Source: Neovahlkampfia damariscottae
Taxonomy: Eukaryota
Direction: 5' to 3'
Assembly (NCBI GenBank): GCA_016618085.1
Contig: JABLTG010000002.1
Span: 1-64,000, forward strand
DNA: 64,000 nucleotides
Shown here piece by piece: positions 1-11,202 of the stretch. The notes under the pieces were generated by a model. That model was given only the letters and a program-made list of their open reading frames with translations. It was not told the DNA's origin and made no database searches. Positions within the stretch are counted from its first letter, which is position 1, and every line of letters starts with the position of its first letter. Both the position numbers and the translations under genes were made by a program.

Positions 1-280
1 GTTTGTGATGATATCTTTGATAATTGTATGCAAACTGAATGTAATCATTATGTAAGTGAAAAATAATTTTTATTGTTTTTTTCTTGTAAAAAGTACTGTC
101 AAGAATGTCTTGATAAAACATTAAAAAAAACTGGAGGTATTTTAATTTTATTAAAATATCGGTTTTTGTTTATATGATAGAAGTATAATTGATAAAAACG
201 AATGCAAAAGAAATATTCAAGTTAATCAAGTTATAGAAAAACAAGAAATGAAATGTGAAAGGAAATTAAAGAAGTATTAA
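1..280 (+). pseudogene. RING-finger (TRAF-type-like) gene fragment, probably degenerate; 5' part lies outside the window
   Basis: Spliced translation VCDDIFDNCMQTECNHY|YCQECLDKTLKKTG|GFCLYDRSII. Intron 52-93 is GT-AG, but the second (137-161) ends in CG. Early stop at 278-280. Confidence 0.55.
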
Positions 281-440
281 AACTAGGATATTACAAGAAA
301 CTAAGAGACAATTTCAAGATATTAGACTTTGAAAAAGACTTCAGAAATTTTAGAAGACAAACAAGAACAGCTTATACAATTAGGAATTACCAACACAAAA
401 TTAAGAAAAATGACATCACCAAATGTCATCAACATGATAA

Positions 441-740
441 ACCAAATTAAAGGAAACCAAATGGAGATGTTCATTACATTCACAAAAAGAGAATCTAAAT
501 TTACAATCATTTTATTTATACAAAGATTCAATATATCCACCGAAAATTTGGGCCAAAACATGTGTTATTGATAAAAATATTCCAGAATTATCTTCACAAT
601 CGAATGCCAAAGCTGAATCATTTCATCGAATAATTTGGAGAGAGTTTAAAGATCGACCAAACTGGAAACAATGGATTGCAGCAATTCAAAATTATGAAGA
701 TTTAACAAAATATGGAATAATTTTCAGAATCTACAAGTAA
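441..740 (+). mobile_element. Mutator-like (MULE) transposase remnant
   Basis: ATG-less open frame ...WRCSLH...YPPKIWAK...SQSNAKAESFHRII...RPNWKQWIAAIQ. Matches the CxxH, W and TNNxxESxH pattern of Mutator DDE transposases, with shortened spacing. No TIRs seen. Confidence 0.55.
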
Positions 741-834
741 ATCAACAAGAAAAAAACGTGCTACTCAAATTGCATTGACTCCTGGACCAACGTTCAATAA
801 ATTTATTTCAACTCAAAATGATGTGAATCAAAAA

Positions 835-962
835 GAACAAACATTGGTTAAATTAGATCCAATTCCAAAACATTCAGCGAATTGACATTCATTTCCAGTG
901 TTCCCAGAATTACATGAACAACTATTTGGTGAAATACAAGTTCCATTTCTCGAACAAACAGG
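835..962 (-). pseudogene. Isolated EGF-like repeat fragment
   Basis: Translates PVCSRNGTCISPNSCSCNSGNTGNECQFAECFGIGSNLTNVCS, the repeat type abundant in Naegleria surface proteins. No intact flanking gene. Confidence 0.6.
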
Positions 963-1265
963 AAAACAATGTTGTGGAAAATGTCTTGTTGATTTTTAAA
1001 TTTCATCATTCGATTTAGATGGTTATTCATGTGGATTACTACAATTATTCATGAGTAAAACAAGTTATAGAAGAGATAGAGTTTATTCATCAGTTGATTA
1101 TTTGAACATTGGAAAGATGGTATAAAGAATAGAAAATAAAAGAAAATGGAAAATTAATGTCTATGTGAATGACTGTGCCATGTTTTATTGGAATAACTTT
1201 GGAACTGTAAAAGAAAAACTCATCACAAATTAAATTAATTTCACAAGAGCAAAAACATGAAAAAT

Positions 1266-1947
1266 TTATTCAAGAAAATGAATTAAAAACATGAAAACCA
1301 AAAGCATTGGAAAAATGGACCAACTACTTGCTGAATTTGGAATTGAATTCCCACAAGTCATCTTAATCCCAGCTGTACCAAATCCAAGACATTGACCTGA
1401 AGTTACATTCATTGATGAAGAAATAACAGTACAAATATTATTTCTAAAACCTCTGAAATTAACAATTGAACCATCACAATGATATGATTCACCTACAGTG
1501 CTCGCAAAAATACATTGATCTAATTTTGAATAGGTTTCACTTACGACAGCGTTGCACACATTTGAAGCTGAAATATGTTTAGAAGTGAGGTTTGGTTCAT
1601 TTGGTTCCGGTCTTTTTGAACCACAATAGTATCTAATTTTATTTTTGCATTGACCAATTTCTAAAATCAATTAAAAAAAATTATTTCCTACCTTGGATGA
1701 TGGTTTCAGATGGATTTGAGCAATCTTTGTTGAAGAAACTTTTTAAAGAGAAATGAGTTGTATTGCATGATACTTTTCCATATTGCAATGCTGGATAAAA
1801 AATTTGTGAACAAGTTGTATCGGTTGAAACATGTTCAACAATCCATTGAATTGGTTTAGTGCAATTGGTATCTGAATACTTGATGATAGTGTATGTTGAG
1901 CAAACAGAAGTGATGAAAAGAAAGCAGAAAATAATTATGTTCTTCAT
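1266..1947 (-). CDS. Secreted or GPI-anchored Cys-rich surface protein (2 exons)
   Basis: Signal peptide MKNIIIFCFLFITSVCS, intron 1661-1691, many Cys, C-terminal NSASS plus hydrophobic tail. Confidence 0.75.
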
Positions 1948-2526
1948 TTTGTTGAGTTGGAAAATGTTGAGTGAATGAAACAATTGATTGGACAATTTAT
2001 GGATTTTTCAAAGTGAAATTGTCCAGCAAACCAATGAATTGTGAATGGTTTTTCTTGAAAAAAATATGCAATTAACTGTAACAGAAACAACCATGCATGA
2101 AACAAGAAAACGAAGTGCAAGAAATATAAACTGTTAAAAATTCTTCACTTCACAAAAATCACTTAATTTCCACTCCAGATGAACTGAAAAGAACAAATTT
2201 TTCATTCTTCAGAATTTTTGTTTTCATCCAAGGTAAAGTCTGGTCAGCCTTTGAACAATTGGACACCAATGAAAAATGTGGTAGAGGAATAGAGGATATT
2301 TATTCAAAAAATTGTTGGCTACGAGGTAATCAAAGAAAAGGAGACAGTTTGGTATATAGAAAAAATCAGTGTTACAACAGGTTCGTCAAAAAAAAAAAGT
2401 TCTGATTTAATCAAGAGAACATTCCTGTTGAAGTAAAACTTTGTTTGTAGATTTTCAATAGAGAACATGATTGGAGGAAAATTGAGGAGTCTAGTGTAAA
2501 AATGGAGCACGAAGATCATCAAAATT

Positions 2527-3723
2527 TCAAAATAAAAATTTATTCTCTTCTGAGTTGTGTTCTAAATGAAAATTAAAAGGAGGAACATCAACTTCAATTT
2601 TTTCATGTTTGAAATCAGATTCATCTTCTAATATTGATTTTCTAATCATTAAATCAATCTTTTTAATTTTTAAACTTTTTTGTTCAATTGTGTTGGCAAA
2701 TATTGGAAATGTAATTTTTGCAATTCTTCTCCACATGTCATAAGATTCTGGAATTTCCATTTCTTGATTTAAAATGAAACAATGAGGATAATCATTCTTT
2801 AAAGTTGATATAGCATCTATATTCCAAATTATTTCTTCTTTCAATTTGTTCATTTGTTTAACTAAACTTTCATGTAATCCTAATCCTGTTACAGAGACCT
2901 TTTGATGAGATTTCATTTCATTCAACACAAAATTAATAAATTTCCAAGCATCAATTTTATATGCTTGATTCAATATTGGAACTAATTTCTTAAATCGTGT
3001 TTGAATTGATTTTGAAAATTTTTTTTTTTTTTCTTCAAAAATGTTCAATTCTCTTAACAAATCTTCTTCCGAATTGGAATTCAATATTTCAGAATTTGGT
3101 TTATATTCTAATACTAAACTTAAATCTGTATTTTCATAAACTTTTATCATTTCAATTTCACACAATTCACATAACTTTTTTGAAATTTTTAACTCTTTAC
3201 TTTTTTGAAAAGTTTGTAACCAAATTTGAATATTTTCTTCTTTTTCTTCTTTTAATTTAAAATTTTCTAAATTTTCAAAATATAAAAAATAATATATAAT
3301 TTCAAAAATGATCATTCCAATTGAATCCATTTCAATAATCTCTTGATTCAATTTTTTTTGAAAATATTCAAATTTGTTTAAAACCATTCTATGACTTGGT
3401 ATAATTTCATTTTTTATTTTAATTTTTATATCACTGAACTCTTTTGATTTATAAAACTTTGAAAAAACTGAATTTTCAACTTTTTTTTTTTCTTGGTGAA
3501 ATAATTTTTCTTCTCCTTCAATAAATATTTCATCGGAGTTTTTAAAGTGTTGGAAAAATTCTAAAGTTTTGAAAGTAAAAAATATTGGTCCTTTGTAAAG
3601 TTGAAGTGTGTAAGAACCATTTGGATTTTTTTCGTATAAATGTTTTTTTAAATTGTGAATATCTGATGTTTGTATAAATGATATATCTCTATTATCCCAT
3701 CTAACAATATAAAAATTTGACAT
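2527..3723 (-). CDS. BTB/POZ domain protein
   Basis: SKEFSDIKIKIKNEIIPSHRMVLNKFEYF BTB motif. ATG at 3723 preferred to the TTG at 3732. Confidence 0.75.
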   Translation of the reverse strand: MSNFYIVRWDNRDISFIQTSDIHNLKKHLYEKNPNGSYTLQLYKGPIFFTFKTLEFFQHFKNSDEIFIEGEEKLFHQEKKKVENSVFSKFYKSKEFSDIKIKIKNEIIPSHRMVLNKFEYFQKKLNQEIIEMDSIGMIIFEIIYYFLYFENLENFKLKEEKEENIQIWLQTFQKSKELKISKKLCELCEIEMIKVYENTDLSLVLEYKPNSEILNSNSEEDLLRELNIFEEKKKKFSKSIQTRFKKLVPILNQAYKIDAWKFINFVLNEMKSHQKVSVTGLGLHESLVKQMNKLKEEIIWNIDAISTLKNDYPHCFILNQEMEIPESYDMWRRIAKITFPIFANTIEQKSLKIKKIDLMIRKSILEDESDFKHEKIEVDVPPFNFHLEHNSEENKFLF

Positions 3724-3795
3724 ATCTTGCAACGTTGAAGGTGATTTTTGTTTTTTTGTTAACTGATGTTTTGATTGGTTAAATTTTTTTGAATC

Positions 3796-4922
3796 ATGGA
3801 ATCCAAAAGAAAAGAAAAAATAACAGAGTTGAAAATAAACTCAATAAATATCAATTTCGAAATTGAAGATTTCAACCAATCATTAGCAATTTCAAACTAA
3901 TGAAGGTCAGTGACTTGTGGAGTTTTGAAACAGAAAGAAAAAAATTCCTCTTAGTTGTCCAAGGAAATGGTTTATTACTGAATACATTTCCTTCAGAATA
4001 CAAAAAAGACAGAATTCTAGTCTTGGAAGCAGTAAAAAACAATGGTTTGTCTTTACAATACGCTCATGAATCCATGAAATCAAATAAAACAATAGTTGAA
4101 AATGCTATTATACAAAACATTAGTAGCTCAAAGTACATTTCAAAAAATTTAAAAAATGATGATCAATTCATGACTTCCATGATCAAAAAGTATTCGCCCG
4201 AATTACTTGAACATGCAAGTGACAATTTAAAAAATGATGAATACAGAATGAAATCAGTGCTAAAAAAAGATGGAAAATTGCTTGAGTTTGCTTCCAAAAA
4301 AATAAAGGATAATGAATCAATGGTCAAAATTGCAATTCAAAATGACTTCAAATCATTCAAGTTTTGTTCGGAAAGATTGAAAAATGAAAAAACAATAGTT
4401 TCCGTTGGTTTGAAGTTTCATGCTTCTATTCTTCAATATGCTTCTTTATCCATTAGAAATGATAAGAAATACATTCAAAATCAACTGAAAAAGAATCCTC
4501 AAGTAATTTCATATATATCTCCAAAATTGTATGATGATGAAGATTTTATCATTTCAATGTTAAGGTACAGAATATATCCATATTTACCTGATTATTTACG
4601 AAATGTTAAAGAGATTTCAATTGCTGCTTTGGAGCTAAATGGGATTCATTTGGAATTTGTTTCTGAAGATTTATCGAAAAATATTGAAGTTGTTACAATA
4701 GCTGTAAAACAAAACGGAAATTCTTATTTATACATATCTGATTCTTTGAGGTTAAATTATGAAATTGCTATTCTTGCTTTGAAAAGTAGAAAAGTTATTT
4801 TTGGTATTTTGGATGAAGAACTCAAACGAAATCCTTTGGTTTCAATGACTTATGCTGGGATGTATTTATCATTACAACCTGATAACAACAAACTTGTTGA
4901 CTTTAATTTCAAATTTGAATAA
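3796..4922 (+). CDS. DUF4116-repeat protein
   Basis: Repeated DxxxVxxAVKxNGxxLxYASxxLK units. Start is either ATG 3900 or ATG 3796 via an in-frame-restoring intron 3828-3868. Confidence 0.8.
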
Positions 4923-5048
4923 AGATATTTCCAAAGAAACAATTTGGATTTATGGAAACAAATAAATTTCTATTTTATCATAGACCTACATTTGAAGTTA
5001 TTTTTGTTTTTGAGTGTAATGAAAATTGACCAATTAAATTCTTGTTGA

Positions 5049-5486
5049 ATGTCGTATTTGAAACAACACTTCAAAATTGACCACGTACCTGGAACAACTC
5101 CAGCACCAGAAACATGTATAAATCCATACCCAGACTATGATAAAGGTAATAAAAATAAAACAAAATAATCCAAATTTCTCAGTCCACACAACCATTTTAC
5201 AAGAAGCAAAAAAAAATCCAAAAATTTTTGAACAAGAAAAAGAACAAGTTTATAAACAAATCTGTTCAAGATTTATGAGCAAAAAAAGAGACAAAGTAAA
5301 AAAAAAAAAAGAAACAAAAATTAAATTTTTTTAAAGAATTGTCAAAGTTTGGTTGATCTTTATTACAATGAATATTCAAAAGGAATTGAAGCAAAATTAG
5401 AAATTCATGAAATTGTTGGTGCAAAAATAAAACATTCTTATGAAAGAATTCAAAAACAAAAACAAAAAGAACAAGAAGAAGATTAA
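5049..5486 (+). CDS. Small 3-exon protein (~120 aa) with a saposin-like segment
   Basis: Two GT-AG introns join MSYLKQ...DK|VHTT...RDK|NCQSLVDLYYNE...EED*. CCAAT at 5030. Confidence 0.65.
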
Positions 5487-5533
5487 TCCATTAAAAATTT
5501 TATCCAAAAAGCCATATGTTGTCTCAACACCTT

Positions 5534-7006
5534 TCAATAACTCCAAATTTTTTTGAAAAGATTAAATTTTTTGAAAATGACTTCTCGAAAAATAAACAAA
5601 TACAAAAAAAAAATGACACCTAAAAAGAACATAAATATACTAATAGCATGATTTTCAGGTTCTCTTGGTTTGTTTTCTACCTCAAAAAATTTTTTTTTTG
5701 TGACCAATTCTGAAATGGAAAATTTTTTGACTTGATTTTCATCTAAAATATCATGTTTGATAAAAAGAATATCTTTTTCTTTTTTAAATTGTTTTTCTGT
5801 GATAATTCTTTCACTTTTTAATTCTTCTAAACATTCAAGAGAATATTTCAAACGACACATGTTTTCAATTGATATTTTACTATTAAAATTTGAAACTAAT
5901 TCAGAAGAGTCTTTGAATTTATCTCTGAGAATATCAAATCCATTTTCTAAATCTTTTATCAAATCATTTACATCTTCAATTCCGACAGAAATTCGAAGCA
6001 ATTTCTTTGACAATGAATAATCATGCTTGAATCTCCATTCGATCAATGACTCAATGGAACCAAGAGAAGTGGCATTTTTAAATACTTTACATACCTCTGG
6101 AAGTAATTTTGCATAATTTTCTGAAAATAATTCGATGGCAATCAAAGGAGGATGTTCTCCACATTCAAATTGTTCTTTGACTAATTCATAACTTGGATGA
6201 TCAAGTAAGGAAGTATGCCATATTTTTTCAACTTCACTTCTATTGGATAACCATTTCGCTAATTTAATGGAATTTTGTGATTGCTTTTTCACTCTTAAAT
6301 CCAATGTTCTTAGACTTCTTAATAAAAGCCATGTATCCAAAGAACCTGGAACATTACCGAAAGTGGTACGTTCAGATAATAATTTCATATGAAACTTTGT
6401 TTCTTTTGTGACAATGACACCCAAAAGAAGGTCTGAATGACCACCTAAATATTTAGTTGCTGAATAATAGACAAAATCAGCACCTAACTTTATAGGAAAA
6501 GTTAATGGTGGTGGTCCTATCGTGGAATCAACTAAAACTAGAGCTCCTTTTTCATGTGCTTCTTTTGATAGTGTTTTTATATCGAAAAGATCCACTGTTG
6601 GATTCAATGGAGATTCCAAATATAAAAGGTCTCCTTTTTTCAGTTCAACATCTTTTAGACCTTTTACAACATGAATTTCTTCAAATTGTTGAAATAATAT
6701 TTTGCTTCCATGATAACCTCCTTTTGCTGCCAACACAACTCTTTTTGGTTTTAACATCTTAATTATGCTGAAAAGAGCAGCTTGTCCTGAAGAATAAATA
6801 GAAGCATTTCCATGACATATTCTGCCTAAAAGTTCTTCCACTCTTTTTCTTGTTGATGTCGAAGAACGAGCATAAATATTTTGATCAGAATTATTTACAA
6901 AAGTGACAGATAAATGAAGTGGTGCTGAAACATCCGATGTATCTTCAATATCATCATCACCATGAACACAAACAGTTGAAAAATTGGATGGTACAATTTC
7001 TTTCAT
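5534..7006 (-). CDS. PLP-dependent cystathionine gamma-synthase/lyase family enzyme with C-terminal extension and TM anchor
   Basis: YAR, SSGQAA, ESPLNP, DST, SATKYLGGHSD (PLP Lys), TSLG and LLRISVGIED motifs. Confidence 0.9.
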   Translation of the reverse strand: MKEIVPSNFSTVCVHGDDDIEDTSDVSAPLHLSVTFVNNSDQNIYARSSTSTRKRVEELLGRICHGNASIYSSGQAALFSIIKMLKPKRVVLAAKGGYHGSKILFQQFEEIHVVKGLKDVELKKGDLLYLESPLNPTVDLFDIKTLSKEAHEKGALVLVDSTIGPPPLTFPIKLGADFVYYSATKYLGGHSDLLLGVIVTKETKFHMKLLSERTTFGNVPGSLDTWLLLRSLRTLDLRVKKQSQNSIKLAKWLSNRSEVEKIWHTSLLDHPSYELVKEQFECGEHPPLIAIELFSENYAKLLPEVCKVFKNATSLGSIESLIEWRFKHDYSLSKKLLRISVGIEDVNDLIKDLENGFDILRDKFKDSSELVSNFNSKISIENMCRLKYSLECLEELKSERIITEKQFKKEKDILFIKHDILDENQVKKFSISELVTKKKFFEVENKPREPENHAISIFMFFLGVIFFLYLFIFREVIFKKFNLFKKIWSY

Positions 7007-7063
7007 CTTTTTGGTTTTTGAAAAAAAGAACTGGAAATGATTGGTCAAAATATTTTCATGAAT

Positions 7064-8737
7064 TTATTCAGCTTGAGTCATTGCAAATTCCCATAAATGA
7101 AGAACTCCATGATCCTTTAAATAAGTTTTAACTGATTCTTCATCATCAAAAGGTATAAATTTAAACCCTTTAAAATTTCTTTTTCTTTGTATTCCATTCC
7201 AAAGTAATTCACATTTTATCTCCTTTTTTTCAATAGATAATTTTTGATTTTCAGTGGGTTCGATTTCCATCGAGTTTTCAAATTTTTTTTCTGATTTCAA
7301 AGATTCAATGACATTATCAAATTCTTCATCATTTTGTTGTTTTCTAGTTGGTTCTAATTCTCTGTTCCATTTTGTTTTATTCAACATGACATCTTGAAAT
7401 TTTCTAATATATTTAGAACCACCTTCACCAATGATCAAACAAAAATTCTTCAACACTAAAACACATCCAGAAATAAATTTTTCTTGTGCTTGTTGATTAA
7501 TCTTGAATTTAATTCCTGGGTGTGTGATTTCATCAACTTTCAAAAATGTAACTTCAATTCCTTTGGATGCTTCATCAGCAGCTTTTTGTTTATTTTTTTC
7601 AAATTTTTGTTCTTGTGTTAATTTTCTTTCTTGATTTCTATTCTCATGATTTTCAACTCTTTTTGCAATTTGTGCTCTAATTTTTTGTTCTAATTGAGTT
7701 GGATCCATTGTACCTTCATTCAAATGAACTTTCATAAAATTTTTTAAATTAGCTTTTGGAGGAGGTGCTGGAATCAAACCAAGTTGAATTTTTTTTTGTT
7801 TTTCTTTCTCTCTTTCTAATTTATTTATATTTTTCAATTTTTTTCTTTCTTTTGGTGTCAAAATCATTGGTAAAGGTCCAAGATCAAGATCTGGATCTGC
7901 TGATTTAATTGGAATTGGATGTTCAATTAAACATTGATTCACTTTTTTTTCAGAAATTTGAATCTTATCTGTTTCAAAATTTTTAAAATTTTTTGGTAAA
8001 ATCAATGCATCCCACCATTCAACATTTGGAATTTCTTCAATACCAATTTCTAATTGAATTTCACCAATTGTTTTTTTTTTGAATATTTCTTGTTCTTTCT
8101 CAATTTCCATAACATCTCCAGAGATTTTTATTTTTCCTGATTCTTGATCAGTTGATATTTCCTCATTTCCTATTTGTTGATTTTTATATTCCATTTTTGC
8201 TTTAAAATTTCTTAATTTATCAGCTTGTTCAATGAATTTTCCTTGTTCATTGAAATGTAAACTTCTATTTCTTCTGAAAAAAGATGGATTCTTTACATTT
8301 GGATCAACATAAGGATTTGTTTTATCTAAACTTTTTGGTGCTTCAATTTTCAATTGATTTGAAGTATCTTCTTGTTGTTTTTTTAAATTTATAAGTGACG
8401 AAACAGTTTTCTTTCTTGAAGACCTTAAAACGTTTCCTTCATTGTCTATTAAATTTCCTTCTTCGTCCATGGTCATATTTCCAACTGTTGGAACAGAAGG
8501 AAGTTTTGAGAGTTTTTCTTCAATTTTCTTTTGTTGTTTTTCCTCTTTTGCTTTCAGTTTTTCTTCCATTTCTTTTAATTTTTGTTCCATTGATTTTTCT
8601 TTCAATTTTTTTTCTTTTTCTTTTAATTTCTGTTCAATGGACATCTCCATTTTAGCTTTTTTTGCTAGTTTCTCTTCAATGGATGTTTCCAAATTTTTTC
8701 TTTTTTTTTCACCATCTTTTGTTTGTTTGCTGGACAT
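7064..8737 (-). CDS. PRP3: U4/U6 snRNP protein Prp3
   Basis: IPNVEWWD, IEHPIPI, LTPKERKKL, LGLIPAPPPK, DPTQLE, HENRNQERKLT and the C-terminal ferredoxin-like domain. Confidence 0.95.
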   Translation of the reverse strand: MSSKQTKDGEKKRKNLETSIEEKLAKKAKMEMSIEQKLKEKEKKLKEKSMEQKLKEMEEKLKAKEEKQQKKIEEKLSKLPSVPTVGNMTMDEEGNLIDNEGNVLRSSRKKTVSSLINLKKQQEDTSNQLKIEAPKSLDKTNPYVDPNVKNPSFFRRNRSLHFNEQGKFIEQADKLRNFKAKMEYKNQQIGNEEISTDQESGKIKISGDVMEIEKEQEIFKKKTIGEIQLEIGIEEIPNVEWWDALILPKNFKNFETDKIQISEKKVNQCLIEHPIPIKSADPDLDLGPLPMILTPKERKKLKNINKLEREKEKQKKIQLGLIPAPPPKANLKNFMKVHLNEGTMDPTQLEQKIRAQIAKRVENHENRNQERKLTQEQKFEKNKQKAADEASKGIEVTFLKVDEITHPGIKFKINQQAQEKFISGCVLVLKNFCLIIGEGGSKYIRKFQDVMLNKTKWNRELEPTRKQQNDEEFDNVIESLKSEKKFENSMEIEPTENQKLSIEKKEIKCELLWNGIQRKRNFKGFKFIPFDDEESVKTYLKDHGVLHLWEFAMTQAE

Positions 8738-8912
8738 TGAAGAAAAATTAACAATGATTGGATGAAAAAAATATGAAAAACAGTTGTTTTTGACAGAATG
8801 GAAACTGATTTAAATCCAAAGGTTTTTTTGTCAATTGATTCATTCTTTGGCTGATTGGTTTTGATATTTGTGCAGATTCTGAATCCAATAAATCCTGGAC
8901 GAAAAAAACAAT

Positions 8913-9557
8913 TCAAAATAAAAGATTTATAGTTAATGATACAATTAAAGTTACAATAGAAATTGTAAATTGATTTGCATTACTTCCTTGTTCATATGGA
9001 GATTCACCATTGAAATTTCCACCTGGTGAATAATTACAAAGAATAGTATTTTTGAAAGTAACACTATTGCATGTGTAATAAGCACATCCTACTTTTGTAG
9101 TTTTTGCCCACACTACTTGAGTGTAATGTCCACAAACTTTTCCAGAAGCACATTTGTTTGTACTGTAAGTGTAGTCTTTGTATTCATTGAACCATGAAAG
9201 AACTGGAGTCTCAAAATTGGAAATAGAACCTGTAGAAGCATCTGAATATTATTTAAAATTTCTTTGCTTACAAATATTTTCACCAACATATCCAGGATAT
9301 GTATTTGATCTTCCAGAGTTGTGGTCAATTATTTTTCCATCTGAAGAGACACACTTTTTAATATAATCTTCGGAAACTTTTGCCAAGTCAGCATCCCAGG
9401 TCAAATCTGGCATTGATTTTGCTGGAGGGTTTACCAATTTTCTATATTTGTTATGAGCATCTACAATAGATTTTTGTTGAGCTGCTGTCAATGCTTGACT
9501 TTGAGATACAGAAATGAAACAAATCAACAACAAAACAACCACACCACAAGCATTCAT
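8913..9557 (-). CDS. CAP/SCP (PR-1-like) secreted protein, possibly GPI-anchored (2 exons)
   Basis: Signal peptide, HNKYR, GENI, CGHYTQVVWA, CNYSPGGN, hydrophobic tail. Intron 9242-9271. Confidence 0.9.
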
Positions 9558-9608
9558 TTTTAATTGGATATTTATAAATATCCAATAGAATTGCATCGGG
9601 TAAATATG

Positions 9609-11010
9609 TCACTTGCGTTTTTTTTGTATTAGATTTAAACTTGATTTTTTGATAGATATATCTAATTTATCCAAAATTTGATTCAACAAATCAAAATGAA
9701 TCAAAATCTATTTTATAAAAAATAAATGAATAGTTTTTTCATACTGTTGATTCATATTTTGAAATCAGTGTGAATAATAATAATCCAAATTTTGATGATT
9801 TTTGAAATTTATTTGTTTTTGATTCTAAAGTCATCAATATATTCATCATTAATTGATCGTTAATTTCAAATTTTAAGTTCATCAAATTTCTCAAAAGTAT
9901 CAATGATTGATCATTCCAAATTACATTTTCTGATTTTTCAAAGAAGAATTGGAGTAATAAAAACACATTATTTTTTGATAATTTTTCAATCAATTTTGTT
10001 GATAACTCTAATTGATTTTTTTGTAAATAATTTTCATTTTTTAATAATGGTTTTAACAAAAAATCAATAACTGATTTTTCATTAAATTTGATTATTATTG
10101 TTAAAGATGTGAATAATATTCTTGATATTATTTTTTTTGATGTTGAAATTTTTTCAAAAAAAACTAATGAAACAAAAGAACAACAATTTTGATAGGTTGT
10201 TTCAGAATCAACAAAAAATTTTGTAAATGAAAGAATCATTTCATCTGTAAAGTTAGACATTTTCAACTCTTTAAAAAAGTATTCTAATTGAAAATTTGTC
10301 AAACTTTTGAAAATTTGAAATTTTTTAGGAAATTGAATTTGTGTTGAATTTTTGAAACTAGAAATTATTTCTTTGATTTCTGTGAGACTTGATAATAATT
10401 CTTCTGTTATTAATGCTTCTTCTGAGCTCAAATCCACTGAATCTTTCATTTCTTCATCTGATTGGATTTGTTGGTATGCTGGGTTTTGTAGATTCATTTT
10501 TTCATCAAAATTTGATGTCTTTCTTCTTTTTTCCTTTGTTAATATTTCTTCTTTTGATAATTCTTCAATTTTTCTTTTTGGTTTTTGTTTGAATTCAAAA
10601 CTCTGATTCTCATGACATGCATTGAGAACTTCATCAGAAAATTGAATTTCAACCTTTTTGAAGGAATTTAATAAGTAATAACAAAATGAATTTTTTGGTA
10701 TTTCTTGAGAGTATTCTTCTATTAATGCTTTGGTTTGTTTTTGAGGAAAATTTTCTTTCTGCAGTAAATTTAAAATTAAAATTTGATCCATCTGTGGAAG
10801 TTCACTTAATTTCGTTTGTCTATTTTAGTTATTAATCATTATTTTTCTTTACTTTGAAATTTGGTTATTTTTAGTTGAAACTATTTTTTCTGAGAGTTTT
10901 TCAAGAATGAAATAATAGAATTTGTTTCCAAATTTGTTTAGTTTTAAAAATCGTTGAACATTATTCTTTTGTTTGATTTGAAATAAAAACTGAAGAAATA
11001 GTTCGTCCAT
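9609..11010 (-). CDS. FANCE: Fanconi anemia group E protein homolog (3 exons)
   Basis: C-terminal helical repeats SRILFTSL...LLKPLL...QLEL...WNDQSL...SSKFGLLLFTLISKY resemble the FANCE C-domain. Introns 10820-10852 and ~9708-9743. Confidence 0.65.
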
Positions 11011-11202
11011 GTTTGGAACAACAAAAAAATCAACAATTGATGATTGGACAAAAAAAACTAAATTAAAATTCAGTTTTGATGTATCTGAAGCACAAAAATT
11101 GAAGACAGAAAGTAGAACTAACTTTAAAGAGTATTCTTTTTCACAATATTTTTCAAAAAATTCATCCAAAAAAAATTTATAATTTACTCCACCAATGTTC
11201 AT

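Noticed and set aside
8395..8765. Phe/Ser/Leu-rich antisense ORFs here and at 10352, 22764, 44901, 50772 and 53641
   Set aside because: These are shadows of Lys/Glu-rich genes on the opposite strand.
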